Below are positions 1 to 9,275 of a DNA stretch of 56,121 nucleotides, in pieces. The notes below the pieces were generated by a model. It was not told the DNA's origin. It saw only the letters and a list, made by a program, of their open reading frames with translations, and did not search any database. The DNA lies in the IMG/VR virus record IMGVR_UViG_3300046328_000525, positions 1 to 56,121 of that record, one strand, 5' to 3'. A program made the position numbers and the translations under genes. The first letter of the stretch is position 1; each line of letters opens with the position of its first letter. The DNA comes from a virus (Duplodnaviria > Caudoviricetes).

Positions 1-58
1 CTCCTTCAGGTGGTTCAAGTAGTGGTGCAAATTCAGGTGGTTCAAGGAGGAACGAAAA

Positions 59-226
59 ATGGTAAAACTAATCAAAGATATCCTTGATCAACAATGGACC
101 CTTTTGGGAATGTTTATCGCTTGGGTAGTTTTGGACGGAAGTGCAAAAACTGTTGTTGGTTACGGAATATTGTTTACAACAGTAACATGGATATTAACAT
201 ATCCAATAAGAAATAAGGAGGAATAA
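59..226 (+). CDS. small membrane protein (55 aa)
   Basis: ATG59-TAA226 read by hand; AGGAGG upstream; two hydrophobic segments. Confidence 0.65.
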   Translation: MVKLIKDILDQQWTLLGMFIAWVVLDGSAKTVVGYGILFTTVTWILTYPIRNKEE

Positions 227-227
227 A

Positions 228-524
228 ATGAGCAGAAAAAAGATAGAAGAGCCCACCCATGTTGGTGGAGGAGCAATAGCAAGCCTAAATAATATATTTA
301 TGCGTATTGTTGCAGTATTTGCAGCATCAGGACTTTCGGTAATTGGAGCAGGTGCAGTAGTAGGAATTAGCACAGTCAAGGCAGTTGTCCTAGCTGGCAC
401 ATTGGGAGTCGCTACAGTAGTAGAAAGACTTGCCCGTGGTTTCCTTGATGATGGCAAGCTTACAATTGATGAAATTAATGCTGCATTCTCTTCTGTGGAC
501 AAAAAAGCCACAAAAGCAGAATAA
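228..524 (+). CDS. membrane protein with EF-hand-like C-terminal loop (possible holin)
   Basis: AAGGAGG RBS; two TM segments; DDGKLTIDE. Confidence 0.6.
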   Translation: MSRKKIEEPTHVGGGAIASLNNIFMRIVAVFAASGLSVIGAGAVVGISTVKAVVLAGTLGVATVVERLARGFLDDGKLTIDEINAAFSSVDKKATKAE

Positions 525-541
525 AATGGTATACTAGTACT

Positions 542-685
542 ATGAATACATATAAGGTCAAATTAGATGTAGAAATTGAAGTTAATGCTTTTAATTCTGA
601 TGATGCCGCTGATTATGTACATGACATTTTTAATATAGACGATGAAATTAAAAAGGTCAATATAGTTACTATTAAGGAGAAGTAG
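542..685 (+). CDS. hypothetical protein (47 aa), leaderless
   Basis: TGGTATACT-N6-ATG; open to TAG685. Confidence 0.6.
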   Translation: MNTYKVKLDVEIEVNAFNSDDAADYVHDIFNIDDEIKKVNIVTIKEK

Positions 686-690
686 GAGTT

Positions 691-1152
691 ATGGAAAATA
701 ATATTGAAAAGGCTGTAAAGCCAGAAGTTTCTAAAGAAACCTTACTTGAAGTTGTAAAAGAGCTTCAAGAAATAATTATAGGTATGATCGAAACAGAAGA
801 GCTAGAGCTAGAACAAGAAGATGAAATTGAAGTAACTCCTGCTAATCCAGCACCCATCGGTAATCCAGAAGAAGATAATGTAAATTGGCCAGTCAGCAAG
901 GTAGATGGGCAAACAGATCTAGAGGCAGAGCGTAAGAATGAGACCTACAAGTCAGATTCTCCAGATGAAGACAAATGGGATAACGATATGCAAAAGTGCT
1001 GGACTGGATACAAGCAAGTTGGAATGAAAGATAAAGGCGGAAAGATGGTTCCTAATTGCGTACCAATAGAAAAATCTGATGTTCCTGAAGTTAAAAAGTC
1101 ATCTTGGAGCAATATGTTTGATCCAAATAAGTTTAATAAAAGAACATTCTAA
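691..1152 (+). CDS. acidic hypothetical protein with CWxGY...VPNCVP motif
   Basis: AGGAG RBS; short two-Cys motif near C-terminus. Confidence 0.7.
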   Translation: MENNIEKAVKPEVSKETLLEVVKELQEIIIGMIETEELELEQEDEIEVTPANPAPIGNPEEDNVNWPVSKVDGQTDLEAERKNETYKSDSPDEDKWDNDMQKCWTGYKQVGMKDKGGKMVPNCVPIEKSDVPEVKKSSWSNMFDPNKFNKRTF

Positions 1153-1157
1153 AAGTA

Positions 1158-1187
1158 TTGACACAGCTGCAGTAATTCATGTATAAT
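1158..1187 (+). promoter_or_regulatory. sigma70-type promoter for tRNA pair
   Basis: TTGACA-N18-TATAAT upstream of tRNA-Asn. Confidence 0.75.
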
Positions 1188-1218
1188 TATACAAGATGCT
1201 GCAGTTTGTGCATCTTGA

Positions 1219-1291
1219 TGGTCCATAGCTCAGATGGTAGAGCGCCGAACTGTTAATTCGGATGTCCCAGGATCGAGACCTGGTGGACCAG
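1219..1291 (+). tRNA. tRNA-Asn(GUU)
   Basis: acceptor TGGTCCA/TGGACCA; anticodon arm CCGAA-CTGTTAA-TTCGG; T-loop ATCGAGA. Confidence 0.9.
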
Positions 1292-1296
1292 CGTAT

Positions 1297-1378
1297 GCCC
1301 GAATGGTGGAATAGGTATACACGGCAGACTTAAAATTTGCTGCTTCACAGCATGTCGGTTCAAGTCCGACTTCGGGTA
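1297..1378 (+). tRNA. tRNA-Leu(UAA)
   Basis: acceptor GCCCGAA/TTCGGGT; GCAGA-CTTAAAA-TTTGC; long variable arm; TTCAAGT. Confidence 0.92.
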
Positions 1379-1396
1379 CAGAGAAAGTATGGAGAG

Positions 1397-1630
1397 ATGC
1401 TACATTTAACGCTTAAAGGTGTTGAGGTATTTATAGATAGATGCAAGCAAAAAAAGCAAGACTCGTTTTGGAATAACTATGATTTAGTTATCTGGAACAA
1501 AGATAGTGGCGGTTATACAGATGTAAAAGGCATGTATCGCAACGATGCATGGGGTAAGGCAGAGAAGATATCTGCTGACGATAAAGGAATCTGGAAGCTG
1601 CCAAAGAAGTATGTCAAATATTTTAGATAA
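1397..1630 (+). CDS. hypothetical protein
   Basis: GGAGAG then ATG1397; the longer ORF call overlaps tRNA-Leu. Confidence 0.65.
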   Translation: MLHLTLKGVEVFIDRCKQKKQDSFWNNYDLVIWNKDSGGYTDVKGMYRNDAWGKAEKISADDKGIWKLPKKYVKYFR

Positions 1631-1922
1631 TTTAGGTGTAGATCAAAGCAACCTTAGTTGGTGGCATTTGTCTGCATGCAGAGGAATGGATACCAATCTT
1701 TTCTATGATACCTACGAGACAAATCAAAACATAGCAAAAAATATTGATCAGGCATGCTTATCTTGCCCAGTAACAAAGATATGCTATGAGGCAGGTGTCG
1801 ATAATGATGAGTATGGGGTTTGGGGCGGAGTCTTCTTGTCTTCTGGCTCGATTGATAAAACAAAGAATCTTCACAAAAATCAAGAAATATGGAAGGCATT
1901 AAGGAAAAAGCATGTATATTGA
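1611..1922 (+). CDS. whiB: WhiB-family Fe-S transcription factor
   Basis: AC...CxxC-x5-C and GVWGG turn. Confidence 0.9.
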   Translation: MSNILDNLGVDQSNLSWWHLSACRGMDTNLFYDTYETNQNIAKNIDQACLSCPVTKICYEAGVDNDEYGVWGGVFLSSGSIDKTKNLHKNQEIWKALRKKHVY

Positions 1923-2229
1923 TAAAAATAAAAATCATTTTAAACACGGAATAAATCAATGGACGGGTGAGCCTAATAAGCCAGTATTTTATACAGATGA
2001 AATGAAAAAAAGAGTCCGTGAAGTTAAAAAGCCAGTGCCAGATCTGATGATGGATATCGTAATGTATCCAGAATTTTTATCTATCAGGCTTTACGAAGAT
2101 AACTTTATACAGTATCATGGAGTAAAAAAAGAAATGGTTATTGATTATGTAATGAAGGTAAAATTATTAATTGAGTCTTATGGTGTTAGATGCGAACTGG
2201 AGGGTGCGCCAAGTGAAAGAGTACTATGA
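1912..2229 (+). CDS. hypothetical protein
   Basis: ORF overlapping whiB stop, operon-like. Confidence 0.7.
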   Translation: MYIDKNKNHFKHGINQWTGEPNKPVFYTDEMKKRVREVKKPVPDLMMDIVMYPEFLSIRLYEDNFIQYHGVKKEMVIDYVMKVKLLIESYGVRCELEGAPSERVL

Positions 2230-2404
2230 CAGAATTGCTATTGTTATTATATACGATGAGCAATGCTACGGCACAGTAGAAAAGCTCGGTGCATTTGCAT
2301 CTATAGTTAAGTATGTTAAGAATGGGGTAGAGATAGAAGAGACTATGGACAACTCCGACTTTGGTATAGTTAATGAGATTGTATTTGAACACACGGAGGA
2401 ATGA
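2213..2404 (+). CDS. hypothetical protein
   Basis: probable GTG start; coupled to neighbours. Confidence 0.55.
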   Translation: MKEYYDRIAIVIIYDEQCYGTVEKLGAFASIVKYVKNGVEIEETMDNSDFGIVNEIVFEHTEE

Positions 2405-2859
2405 TGAGCGAGTCTTTAAATATGGGAAATGAAGCAAGAGTATCTGATTACTTAAATAATGCCTCATTAAATAATTATTCTTTTATGCTTACAATTGCTC
2501 GTGATGGGGAGTACCCAGAAAGATCCATATATTACTTTAATGATGCTATAACTGCTTCAGAGGCTTATGGAAGATATAAGGACTGGGGTTTTGCAAAAGA
2601 CTATTTAACTGTAAGGCTATACGAGCCTAATGGGAAAATAAATGAAAAGGTATTGAGACGACCACCTGCTGGAGAATGTACATTTGTTAAAGCAGACTAT
2701 ATAAAAGCAGAGTCCATATTGCTTTCATTTATGGATAAGATGGATTTTTTAGTTTACCAAGATTTAGTTAATGAATTTGCTAAATTATTTTCGCAAGACA
2801 ATATTAGATTCGATCATGTTCGTTTCTTTAAAGCAACAAAATGCCAAGAGGTGAAATAA
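2401..2859 (+). CDS. two-domain hypothetical protein; fused equivalent of 28567..28773 and 28382..28567
   Basis: shares DWGxAxxYxTVxLYxPxGK and FAxxFxxDNxRFDxxRF motifs. Confidence 0.8.
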   Translation: MMSESLNMGNEARVSDYLNNASLNNYSFMLTIARDGEYPERSIYYFNDAITASEAYGRYKDWGFAKDYLTVRLYEPNGKINEKVLRRPPAGECTFVKADYIKAESILLSFMDKMDFLVYQDLVNEFAKLFSQDNIRFDHVRFFKATKCQEVK

Positions 2860-2861
2860 TA

Positions 2862-3098
2862 ATGGAAAAAATTTTATGCTACTCATGCAATAAAACAAAG
2901 AATAAGCTTGATGTTAAAAAGTCATCTTTACTTGATATTAACTTATTTATGTGTGAAACCTGTGTTAATTCAAAGTTTGAGCCAAGATGGGTTATTATCC
3001 TGGCTGGAAGACAGCATGGAGCCGAATTGGTTAGAGACTTTGTAATAAAGAAAAGATATGTTGGAGAATCAATTACAGCTGAAGAGCTATTAGTTTAA
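2862..3098 (+). CDS. CxxC...CxxC zinc-binding protein
   Basis: CYSC and CETC. Confidence 0.7.
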   Translation: MEKILCYSCNKTKNKLDVKKSSLLDINLFMCETCVNSKFEPRWVIILAGRQHGAELVRDFVIKKRYVGESITAEELLV

Positions 3099-3131
3099 TT
3101 ATATATATAATTACGGTATAATTGCTACATA

Positions 3132-3431
3132 ATGAGTAATTATTCAGTAGTAATATTAACGCTTATTTCTGCTTTTATTAGCGGTATGGGGGTTTCTATT
3201 GTTGCAGCTGTATTTGATCGTAAAAAAGAAAAAATAAGGTCTTCTGAGCGGGAGCATGATTTATTAATGCTAGAGCTAAAAGATCTTCAAATTAAGCTAT
3301 ATCAGTTAGAAAAAGACTTGGCTGAGTGGAAAGATAAATATTATGTCACAATCCAAGAATTAATATCTGTCAGATCTGAGCTTGAAGAGACTTTAATTCA
3401 ATTATCTTTAATTAATTACAAAATAAAGTAG
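3132..3431 (+). CDS. membrane-anchored coiled-coil protein
   Basis: N-terminal TM then heptads. Confidence 0.7.
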   Translation: MSNYSVVILTLISAFISGMGVSIVAAVFDRKKEKIRSSEREHDLLMLELKDLQIKLYQLEKDLAEWKDKYYVTIQELISVRSELEETLIQLSLINYKIK

Positions 3432-3469
3432 TGCTAGCCCTTCGAATTTAAAAATAGTATACTGGTAAC

Positions 3470-4024
3470 ATGACATGTATAGTAGCTATTGCCCAAAATG
3501 GTACAGTTTATATGGGATCCGACCATGCCGCATCTGATGATAAGTCTGGCTGGATCATATCAAGAAAAGAACCAAAGGTCTTTAAAGTCGGACAATACGG
3601 AATAGGTTTTACTGATTCTTTTAGAATGGGTCAGATACTTCAGTATAACTGGACACCACCAAAGTACACTCCAACAAAAACAAACTCTGGTTTAGATAAA
3701 TTTATGAGAACTAAGTTTATTGATTCAATTAAAGATGCATTTTCTCAACATGGTTTTGGTAGTCATTCCCCAGGACAAGATGCGGAAGGCGGAATTTTTA
3801 TTGTAGGGGTAGAAGGTAGAGTCTTTACTGTAGATGAAGACTTCCATGTTGGAGAAGCCGTAGTTAATTATATGGCAGAAGGCTCTGGGGCAATGTTTGC
3901 TCTAGGTGCATTATATGCAACAAAGAATCAAAAGAACCCTAAAATGCGTATGAAGGTGGCTTTAGAAGCTGCAACAGAGTTTTCTATGAGTGTAGCTCCA
4001 CCCTTTACATACATTCAAGTCTAG
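3470..4024 (+). CDS. HslV/proteasome beta-like Ntn protease
   Basis: N-terminal MTCIVAI (Thr1), GSD, PKVF, GSGxxFAxGAL. Confidence 0.85.
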   Translation: MTCIVAIAQNGTVYMGSDHAASDDKSGWIISRKEPKVFKVGQYGIGFTDSFRMGQILQYNWTPPKYTPTKTNSGLDKFMRTKFIDSIKDAFSQHGFGSHSPGQDAEGGIFIVGVEGRVFTVDEDFHVGEAVVNYMAEGSGAMFALGALYATKNQKNPKMRMKVALEAATEFSMSVAPPFTYIQV

Positions 4025-4038
4025 AGTATAATAGATTC

Positions 4039-4347
4039 ATGAGAGAACTATTTTTGCTTATTGCGGCTTATGTATCTTATAGAATATACAAGGCGATTAA
4101 ACTATTTTTTAGAGACTATGAGCTTTTAGTTTTCAGTAAAGATGATCTTGAAGAGCTTAGGGTTGGACAAGATCAAATGGACTTACGGGGTACGCCAACA
4201 CATATGTGTGTATGCGGCTCAGAAGTTTTTGATGTAAAAGTCGTTTTTGATAACTATGAAATATCAACTTATTTCTTAGACATGGAATGCGCTAATTGTG
4301 GTAATCTAGCAACAGCGCCAACCCCACTAGACAGAGAGAGTATGTAA
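4039..4347 (+). CDS. membrane-anchored zinc-ribbon protein
   Basis: CVCGS and CANCG. Confidence 0.7.
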   Translation: MRELFLLIAAYVSYRIYKAIKLFFRDYELLVFSKDDLEELRVGQDQMDLRGTPTHMCVCGSEVFDVKVVFDNYEISTYFLDMECANCGNLATAPTPLDRESM

Positions 4348-4508
4348 TGAGAAAATCAGAAAGAATGCGAATCCTTGAGCTTCAGATGGTACGCATGGAG
4401 ATGCAAATTGAAATTTTAAATGCTGCATTTAATTCAGTTATTGAAAGCTCCAATACACCAATGCCAGATCTTGATGCACAAAAATGGTACAAAAGAGAGT
4501 CAGAATAA
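4347..4508 (+). CDS. hypothetical protein (53 aa)
   Basis: TAATG coupling; open to TAA4508. Confidence 0.6.
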   Translation: MRKSERMRILELQMVRMEMQIEILNAAFNSVIESSNTPMPDLDAQKWYKRESE

Positions 4509-4547
4509 CCTATTGACAGATTCTGCTTTAATTAGTAGAATTCGTAT

Positions 4548-5492
4548 ATGAACAAAAAACTACTATCGGCATTTATCGCCGTACTTATTACTGCAACAAC
4601 AAATGCAAACGCTGCAATCAAAAACAATACAGTAGAAGAAAAGCTACCAACACTTGCTGTTATTGATACCGCTTTGGATACCAACCTAAACATTCTTCCA
4701 GGTAAGATTGTGTATGAGGTATGTATGCTAGACTGGAATACATGTCCAAATGGCAAAAGCTACATGGAAGGCCCTGGTGCTGCATTGCTTTCTTATAATA
4801 TCATTAATAAGAATGGCTTTGACCATGGGACCCAGATGACTTCTGTGGCAGTAAAGACAAATCCAAATATGCAAATTGTATTTATTAGAATTATTGGTGC
4901 TACACCAACTGGAGTTAGACAACTAACTTCTGAAAAAACAGTATACAATGCATTGCAATGGGTAATCGACAATAAGGAAAAGTTTAATATTCAAGCGGTG
5001 TCTATGTCACAGGGTCGACATGATTTTCCAGTTAGTTTGGGAGCAAACTATTGTCCTAACACGCCAGTAACAAAATCAAAGATTCAAACACTTGTTGGTA
5101 TGAATGTCCCAACATTTTTCCCAGCAGGTAACGGTAGAGATTATAGTCGTATTGACTGGCCAGCATGCATTGATGAGTCTATTGCAATTGGTGCTACTGA
5201 TCAATATGATGAGATTGCAATCTACAGTAATTACGATCCTGTAAAGATTGATTTCTATGCACTAGGTGCCACTAAAGTTGTTTTGCCAGGAAGTGTGGAA
5301 GCAAACGCTGCAGGAACATCTGTTGCAGTTCAGGTTGCTGCAGCACAATGGATTCAAATTAAGCAGTCTCATAAAGACTATTCTTATCAGCAAATTGTTG
5401 ATTTAATTTCAAGAACTTCAAAGAACACATTTAGCTCAAAGATTAAATCTGCAAAGCTAATTAACTTACAGGGGGCAGTCAATGGAAAGTAA
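4548..5492 (+). CDS. secreted subtilisin-like (S8) serine protease
   Basis: signal peptide; VIDT, HGT, AGN, GTS catalytic motifs. Confidence 0.9.
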   Translation: MNKKLLSAFIAVLITATTNANAAIKNNTVEEKLPTLAVIDTALDTNLNILPGKIVYEVCMLDWNTCPNGKSYMEGPGAALLSYNIINKNGFDHGTQMTSVAVKTNPNMQIVFIRIIGATPTGVRQLTSEKTVYNALQWVIDNKEKFNIQAVSMSQGRHDFPVSLGANYCPNTPVTKSKIQTLVGMNVPTFFPAGNGRDYSRIDWPACIDESIAIGATDQYDEIAIYSNYDPVKIDFYALGATKVVLPGSVEANAAGTSVAVQVAAAQWIQIKQSHKDYSYQQIVDLISRTSKNTFSSKIKSAKLINLQGAVNGK

Positions 5493-5694
5493 TAAGTTAA
5501 CAGTATTAGAAGGAATTATCAAGGATATAGGTGTAGAACTTTATCAGAAATGGTATAACGCACTTGCAATTGAAGAGCGAACCGAAGAGGTATCTGCAGC
5601 ACTAGGACAAAATGCTAACGAGACTGCAATTTGGGTTGTGCAAACATTTATGAATAAGTTCAATGCAGCAGCAGATGAGCTAAAGGACCAGTAA
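5482..5694 (+). CDS. hypothetical protein
   Basis: coupled ORF. Confidence 0.65.
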   Translation: MESNKLTVLEGIIKDIGVELYQKWYNALAIEERTEEVSAALGQNANETAIWVVQTFMNKFNAAADELKDQ

Positions 5695-5999
5695 TGCTTA
5701 CATTAACAGATAGCACGTTTGACCAAGCCCTGGAGAACAATGATACGATTCTTGTTGACTTCTGGGCAGAATGGTGCGGTCCATGCAAAAAGATGCTTCC
5801 GATCCTAGAGGAAATTGATTCAGAGGGGCTAGTACTCATTGGTAAGTTAAATGTTGATGAGAATCCAGTGAAATCTAATCTTTTTGCTATATCTTCCATC
5901 CCAAGCATGGTATTATTTAAGGGCGGAAAACAAGTTCATACTGTTATTGGTGCAAAGCCAAAGCACGTTATTCTTAAGGAGATTCAGGAATGGATCTAA
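5694..5999 (+). CDS. trxA: thioredoxin
   Basis: DFWAEWCGPC; SIP. Confidence 0.95.
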   Translation: MLTLTDSTFDQALENNDTILVDFWAEWCGPCKKMLPILEEIDSEGLVLIGKLNVDENPVKSNLFAISSIPSMVLFKGGKQVHTVIGAKPKHVILKEIQEWI

Positions 6000-6160
6000 C
6001 TTTTGTAGAGTGGCTAGAGTATGGTCAAAAAAAAGATTGGGTATCTCATGTATTTTGCGATACGCATGAAGGTCCTCCATTAACAGAGGAAGAAGATTTA
6101 GAATGGTCAGAGGGTGGAGACCCATGCTCTTTCCATGTAAAGATAAATGAATACAATTAG
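5990..6160 (+). CDS. hypothetical protein (56 aa)
   Basis: AAGGAG RBS; CDTHEG...GGDPC. Confidence 0.6.
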   Translation: MDLTFVEWLEYGQKKDWVSHVFCDTHEGPPLTEEEDLEWSEGGDPCSFHVKINEYN

Positions 6161-6206
6161 AATTCTGTGCTCAAAAAGAGGCAGATTGAAAAGGAGAATA
6201 AATTAA

Positions 6207-7196
6207 ATGAAGTCATTTAAGAAAATCGCAGTTGGCGTAGTTGCAGCTATGTCTATTGCAACAATCGTCGCTACACCTGCTAGTGCAGCAACAACAACTC
6301 TCACGGTAGGCGGATCATCAGTTTCAACTGGTACCGTTGCATCTAATCCAGTTGTTTTGCCAGTACCAGCAGACAACTCAGTTGATTCAGCAGATGCTCT
6401 CAAGATCGCAGTAACAGGTCTTGACACAGGCACAGTTGTTTCAGCAACAGCAAACGGAGCATCAATTGTTCCAGCACTTGCAACAGTATCAACACCAGTA
6501 ACTGCATCAGCAGGTACTTCAACACTTTCTATTAATACAGGAACAGGCACAACTGCCGATTTCTATGTATTTACAAAGTCAGTTTCTGCAGCAACAGTAG
6601 TAGTAACTGTTGGCGGAAATACAACAACCTATTATGTTAAGGGTTCTGCAGGGGCAGCATACAATCTTTCAGTAGTTGGTGCAGACTCAGCAGCAGTTTC
6701 AACAGTCAACAAGGTATATGCAAAGACAACAGATATTTTTGGAAACCCAGTTGTTACAACTGTTCCAATAGTTTCAGCAATCAATGCAACCGTAGGTGCA
6801 GTATCCGTGTCTGACACAGCAACAGGAACATTTGTTTTTGACCTTACAGCACCAGCTGCAGTTGGTACTGTAGCGCTTGCAGTCAATATCACAGCAACAG
6901 ATGTTGCAGGTCTTGCACCAGCAGCTAAGTCTGTTTCAAAGTTTGCGATTGTTACAAATCCAGCAGACGTTCTTGCATCTGTTAAGGCAGAGCTAGCAGC
7001 AGCACAGTCTGCTCTTGCAGCAGAAAAGGCAGCACATGCAGTAACTAAGGCAGCAGTTGACAAGGCTGCAGCAGATGCGGTTACAGCAAAGGCAGCAGCG
7101 GAACTCGCAGCAGCAGCTTACAAGGCAGAGTATAATGCTCTTGCTAAGAAGTGGAATGCTAAGAATCCAAAGGCTAAGGTTGCTCTTAAGAAGTAA
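6207..7196 (+). CDS. secreted Ala/Thr/Val-rich surface-type protein with C-terminal coiled coil
   Basis: signal peptide ending PASA; strong RBS; strong codon bias. Confidence 0.8.
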   Translation: MKSFKKIAVGVVAAMSIATIVATPASAATTTLTVGGSSVSTGTVASNPVVLPVPADNSVDSADALKIAVTGLDTGTVVSATANGASIVPALATVSTPVTASAGTSTLSINTGTGTTADFYVFTKSVSAATVVVTVGGNTTTYYVKGSAGAAYNLSVVGADSAAVSTVNKVYAKTTDIFGNPVVTTVPIVSAINATVGAVSVSDTATGTFVFDLTAPAAVGTVALAVNITATDVAGLAPAAKSVSKFAIVTNPADVLASVKAELAAAQSALAAEKAAHAVTKAAVDKAAADAVTAKAAAELAAAAYKAEYNALAKKWNAKNPKAKVALKK

Positions 7197-7206
7197 TTAA
7201 CTTCAA

Positions 7207-7242
7207 TTAAAGGGGCAGGATCTTCGGATCTTGCCCCTTTAA
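7207..7242 (+). terminator. intrinsic terminator-like hairpin
   Basis: TTAAAGGGGCAGGATC-TTCG-GATCTTGCCCCTTTAA. Confidence 0.85.
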
Positions 7243-7265
7243 TATTTAAATGATAGAATAGAGAC

Positions 7266-7484
7266 ATGGAATCAAATAAGAGAAGTTTTTATAAATCAAT
7301 CACATGGCCAGCAATACATATAGGATTTGTTGGAACCCTTGTATATTTTTTTGAAAAAGCTATTACAGGAGAGGCACACTGGGAATATGCTGGATCATTT
7401 GCAATAATTTACACAACATGCGAAATGATAGGATACTTTTTACATGAAAGAGTATGGGCAAAATTTGGAAATAAGGTTAAGTAA
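7266..7484 (+). CDS. DUF2061-like membrane protein
   Basis: RSxxKSITW...YFLHERVW. Confidence 0.8.
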   Translation: MESNKRSFYKSITWPAIHIGFVGTLVYFFEKAITGEAHWEYAGSFAIIYTTCEMIGYFLHERVWAKFGNKVK

Positions 7485-7624
7485 TGGGAAAGCACTTAGA
7501 TAAATTACAAAGAGCTTTGGCTCAAAGACAAGCTGGAACCTATGCAAGCGGACAGAAGAAACCAGGATCAATGAACATTAAAAAGACTGGCTATAGAGGC
7601 CAAAAGGCACAGGGAAGTAAGTAG
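7484..7624 (+). CDS. small basic protein (46 aa)
   Basis: TAATG coupling; KKPGS. Confidence 0.55.
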   Translation: MGKHLDKLQRALAQRQAGTYASGQKKPGSMNIKKTGYRGQKAQGSK

Positions 7625-7824
7625 TGAATTTTGAAGACATTTGTGGCGTTAAGGGATGTAGTAGTCCAGCTAAAAAGCTAGGAGCTAATGATACTGGCAA
7701 TATTATTGAAATGTGCAATAATTGCTGGGATAAGAAGTATAGATCTTAATCAACTAAATGCTATAATAGATTCATAGATGGCATTCTAGACCCATCTAAA
7801 TTAATAACCTATAGGAGAAATAAA

Positions 7825-7989
7825 ATGACAACAGCAAACGGTATCGCAGGCGGTGGCTTTGAAGCTGCTAAGCCAGCAGGTAAAAACAACGTAGCTCCAC
7901 AGCAATATGCAGCAGCACCTAACAAGAACTTTTCACCAACAGATAAGTCTTCACAGGATGGTGCAGGCCTTAATAACGGCGGTAAGTAA
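7825..7989 (+). CDS. small low-complexity protein (54 aa)
   Basis: AGGAG RBS; open to TAA7989. Confidence 0.65.
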   Translation: MTTANGIAGGGFEAAKPAGKNNVAPQQYAAAPNKNFSPTDKSSQDGAGLNNGGK

Positions 7990-7991
7990 TA

Positions 7992-8198
7992 ATGTGCGCC
8001 ATGTGTGGATGCGGCAAAGAAGCCTTTATGGGCGAAGCAATGCCAAATCAAAATGTCTATGACGTTGGTCCAGGACAAATGAGTAGCCCAATGATGTTTG
8101 GAACTGATTCAATGAATACTCTCGGAGCAGAAGTTGAAGAAGGATCGATGCATGAAATGGCAGAGCCTAAGGGCCCTAACGGAATGGATATGGATTAA
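7992..8198 (+). CDS. Met-rich protein with N-terminal CxxCxC
   Basis: MCAMCGC. Confidence 0.6.
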   Translation: MCAMCGCGKEAFMGEAMPNQNVYDVGPGQMSSPMMFGTDSMNTLGAEVEEGSMHEMAEPKGPNGMDMD

Positions 8199-8398
8199 TG
8201 TCGATGGATGGAACAGGTATGGTGCCAGCACCAAACTCTTCACCAGCGGGTGCAGTAACCAGCAATGATGCTACCAGAAAAAACCCTAAGCAGGGATTTA
8301 AGTCTGGAATTAAAATAGATCAAAATAAGCATGGTATACGCAGAGAGACTAGTACAGCTCCAAAGCCACCTAAAAAAACTGGTAGAAAAAAAGTATAA
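8198..8398 (+). CDS. small basic protein
   Basis: coupled ORF. Confidence 0.55.
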   Translation: MSMDGTGMVPAPNSSPAGAVTSNDATRKNPKQGFKSGIKIDQNKHGIRRETSTAPKPPKKTGRKKV

Positions 8399-8472
8399 TA
8401 AGCATTGCCTATCTGCCCTATATATAGTATAATCTATATATAGGGTATTTAGTTTTAACAGAAAGAGAATAA

Positions 8473-9228
8473 ATGATTATTCAGATTATAGGCCTGCCAG
8501 GGTCAGGAAAAACAACTTTAGCAAAAGAATTAGCTGACAGAATTAATGCAATACATCTTAACGCAGATGAAGTAAGAGCAGAGCTAAATAAAGATTTAGG
8601 CTTTGCTCCAGAGGATCGTATTGAGCAAGCTAGACGTATGGGCGCATTGTCACGACTTCTATCTAAGCAGGGATACCTTGTAGTTGTGGATTTTGTTAAT
8701 CCCACAGAAGAAACAAGAGCAGCATTTGGTAAGCCAGACAAAGTGATCTGGATGAATCGCAAGCCAGTTCGTGACTTTCCAGATACGACAGCAATGTGGG
8801 AAACACCAACTTACCCAGATTTAACATTTGATGATTTAACAGAATATGAGCTTGCTGCCAGAATAGCAACAGTTGATTTTGGCCTACACGATTGGCGTGA
8901 GCCAACTACTCTTATGCTAGGCAGATATCAACCATGGCATGAGGGTCACCATGCTTTGTATGAAGAGGCGGGCAAAAAAACCAAGCAAGTTCTTCTTGGA
9001 GTACGTAATACTTATCATACAAGTAAAAAAGATCCATTGTTATTTAATGAGGTAAAAGAATATATTGCAAAGGATCCAGTGATGGATGACGCATTAGTCC
9101 TTAAACTTCCTAATATCACTAACATTGTTTATGGTCGTGATGTCGGATATAAGATTGAGCAGGTCAAGTTAGGAGATGAAATTGAAGCTATTAGTGCTAC
9201 TCAAAAGCGTAAAGAATTGGGTATTTGA
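8473..9228 (+). CDS. cysC: adenylyl-sulfate (APS) kinase fused to HxGH nucleotidyltransferase domain
   Basis: GLPGSGKTT, LNADEVR, DLGFxxEDR; C-terminal GRYQPWHEGH. Confidence 0.85.
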   Translation: MIIQIIGLPGSGKTTLAKELADRINAIHLNADEVRAELNKDLGFAPEDRIEQARRMGALSRLLSKQGYLVVVDFVNPTEETRAAFGKPDKVIWMNRKPVRDFPDTTAMWETPTYPDLTFDDLTEYELAARIATVDFGLHDWREPTTLMLGRYQPWHEGHHALYEEAGKKTKQVLLGVRNTYHTSKKDPLLFNEVKEYIAKDPVMDDALVLKLPNITNIVYGRDVGYKIEQVKLGDEIEAISATQKRKELGI

Positions 9229-9275
9229 AAACAATCTAGCAGATGTTGAAGAAAGATTCTACTTTGGTGATAAAA

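Noticed and set aside
6203-7063. Antisense ORFs 6203..6550 and 6632..7063 and similar shadows elsewhere
   Set aside because: Explained by codon bias of the sense gene; no RBS or recognisable motifs
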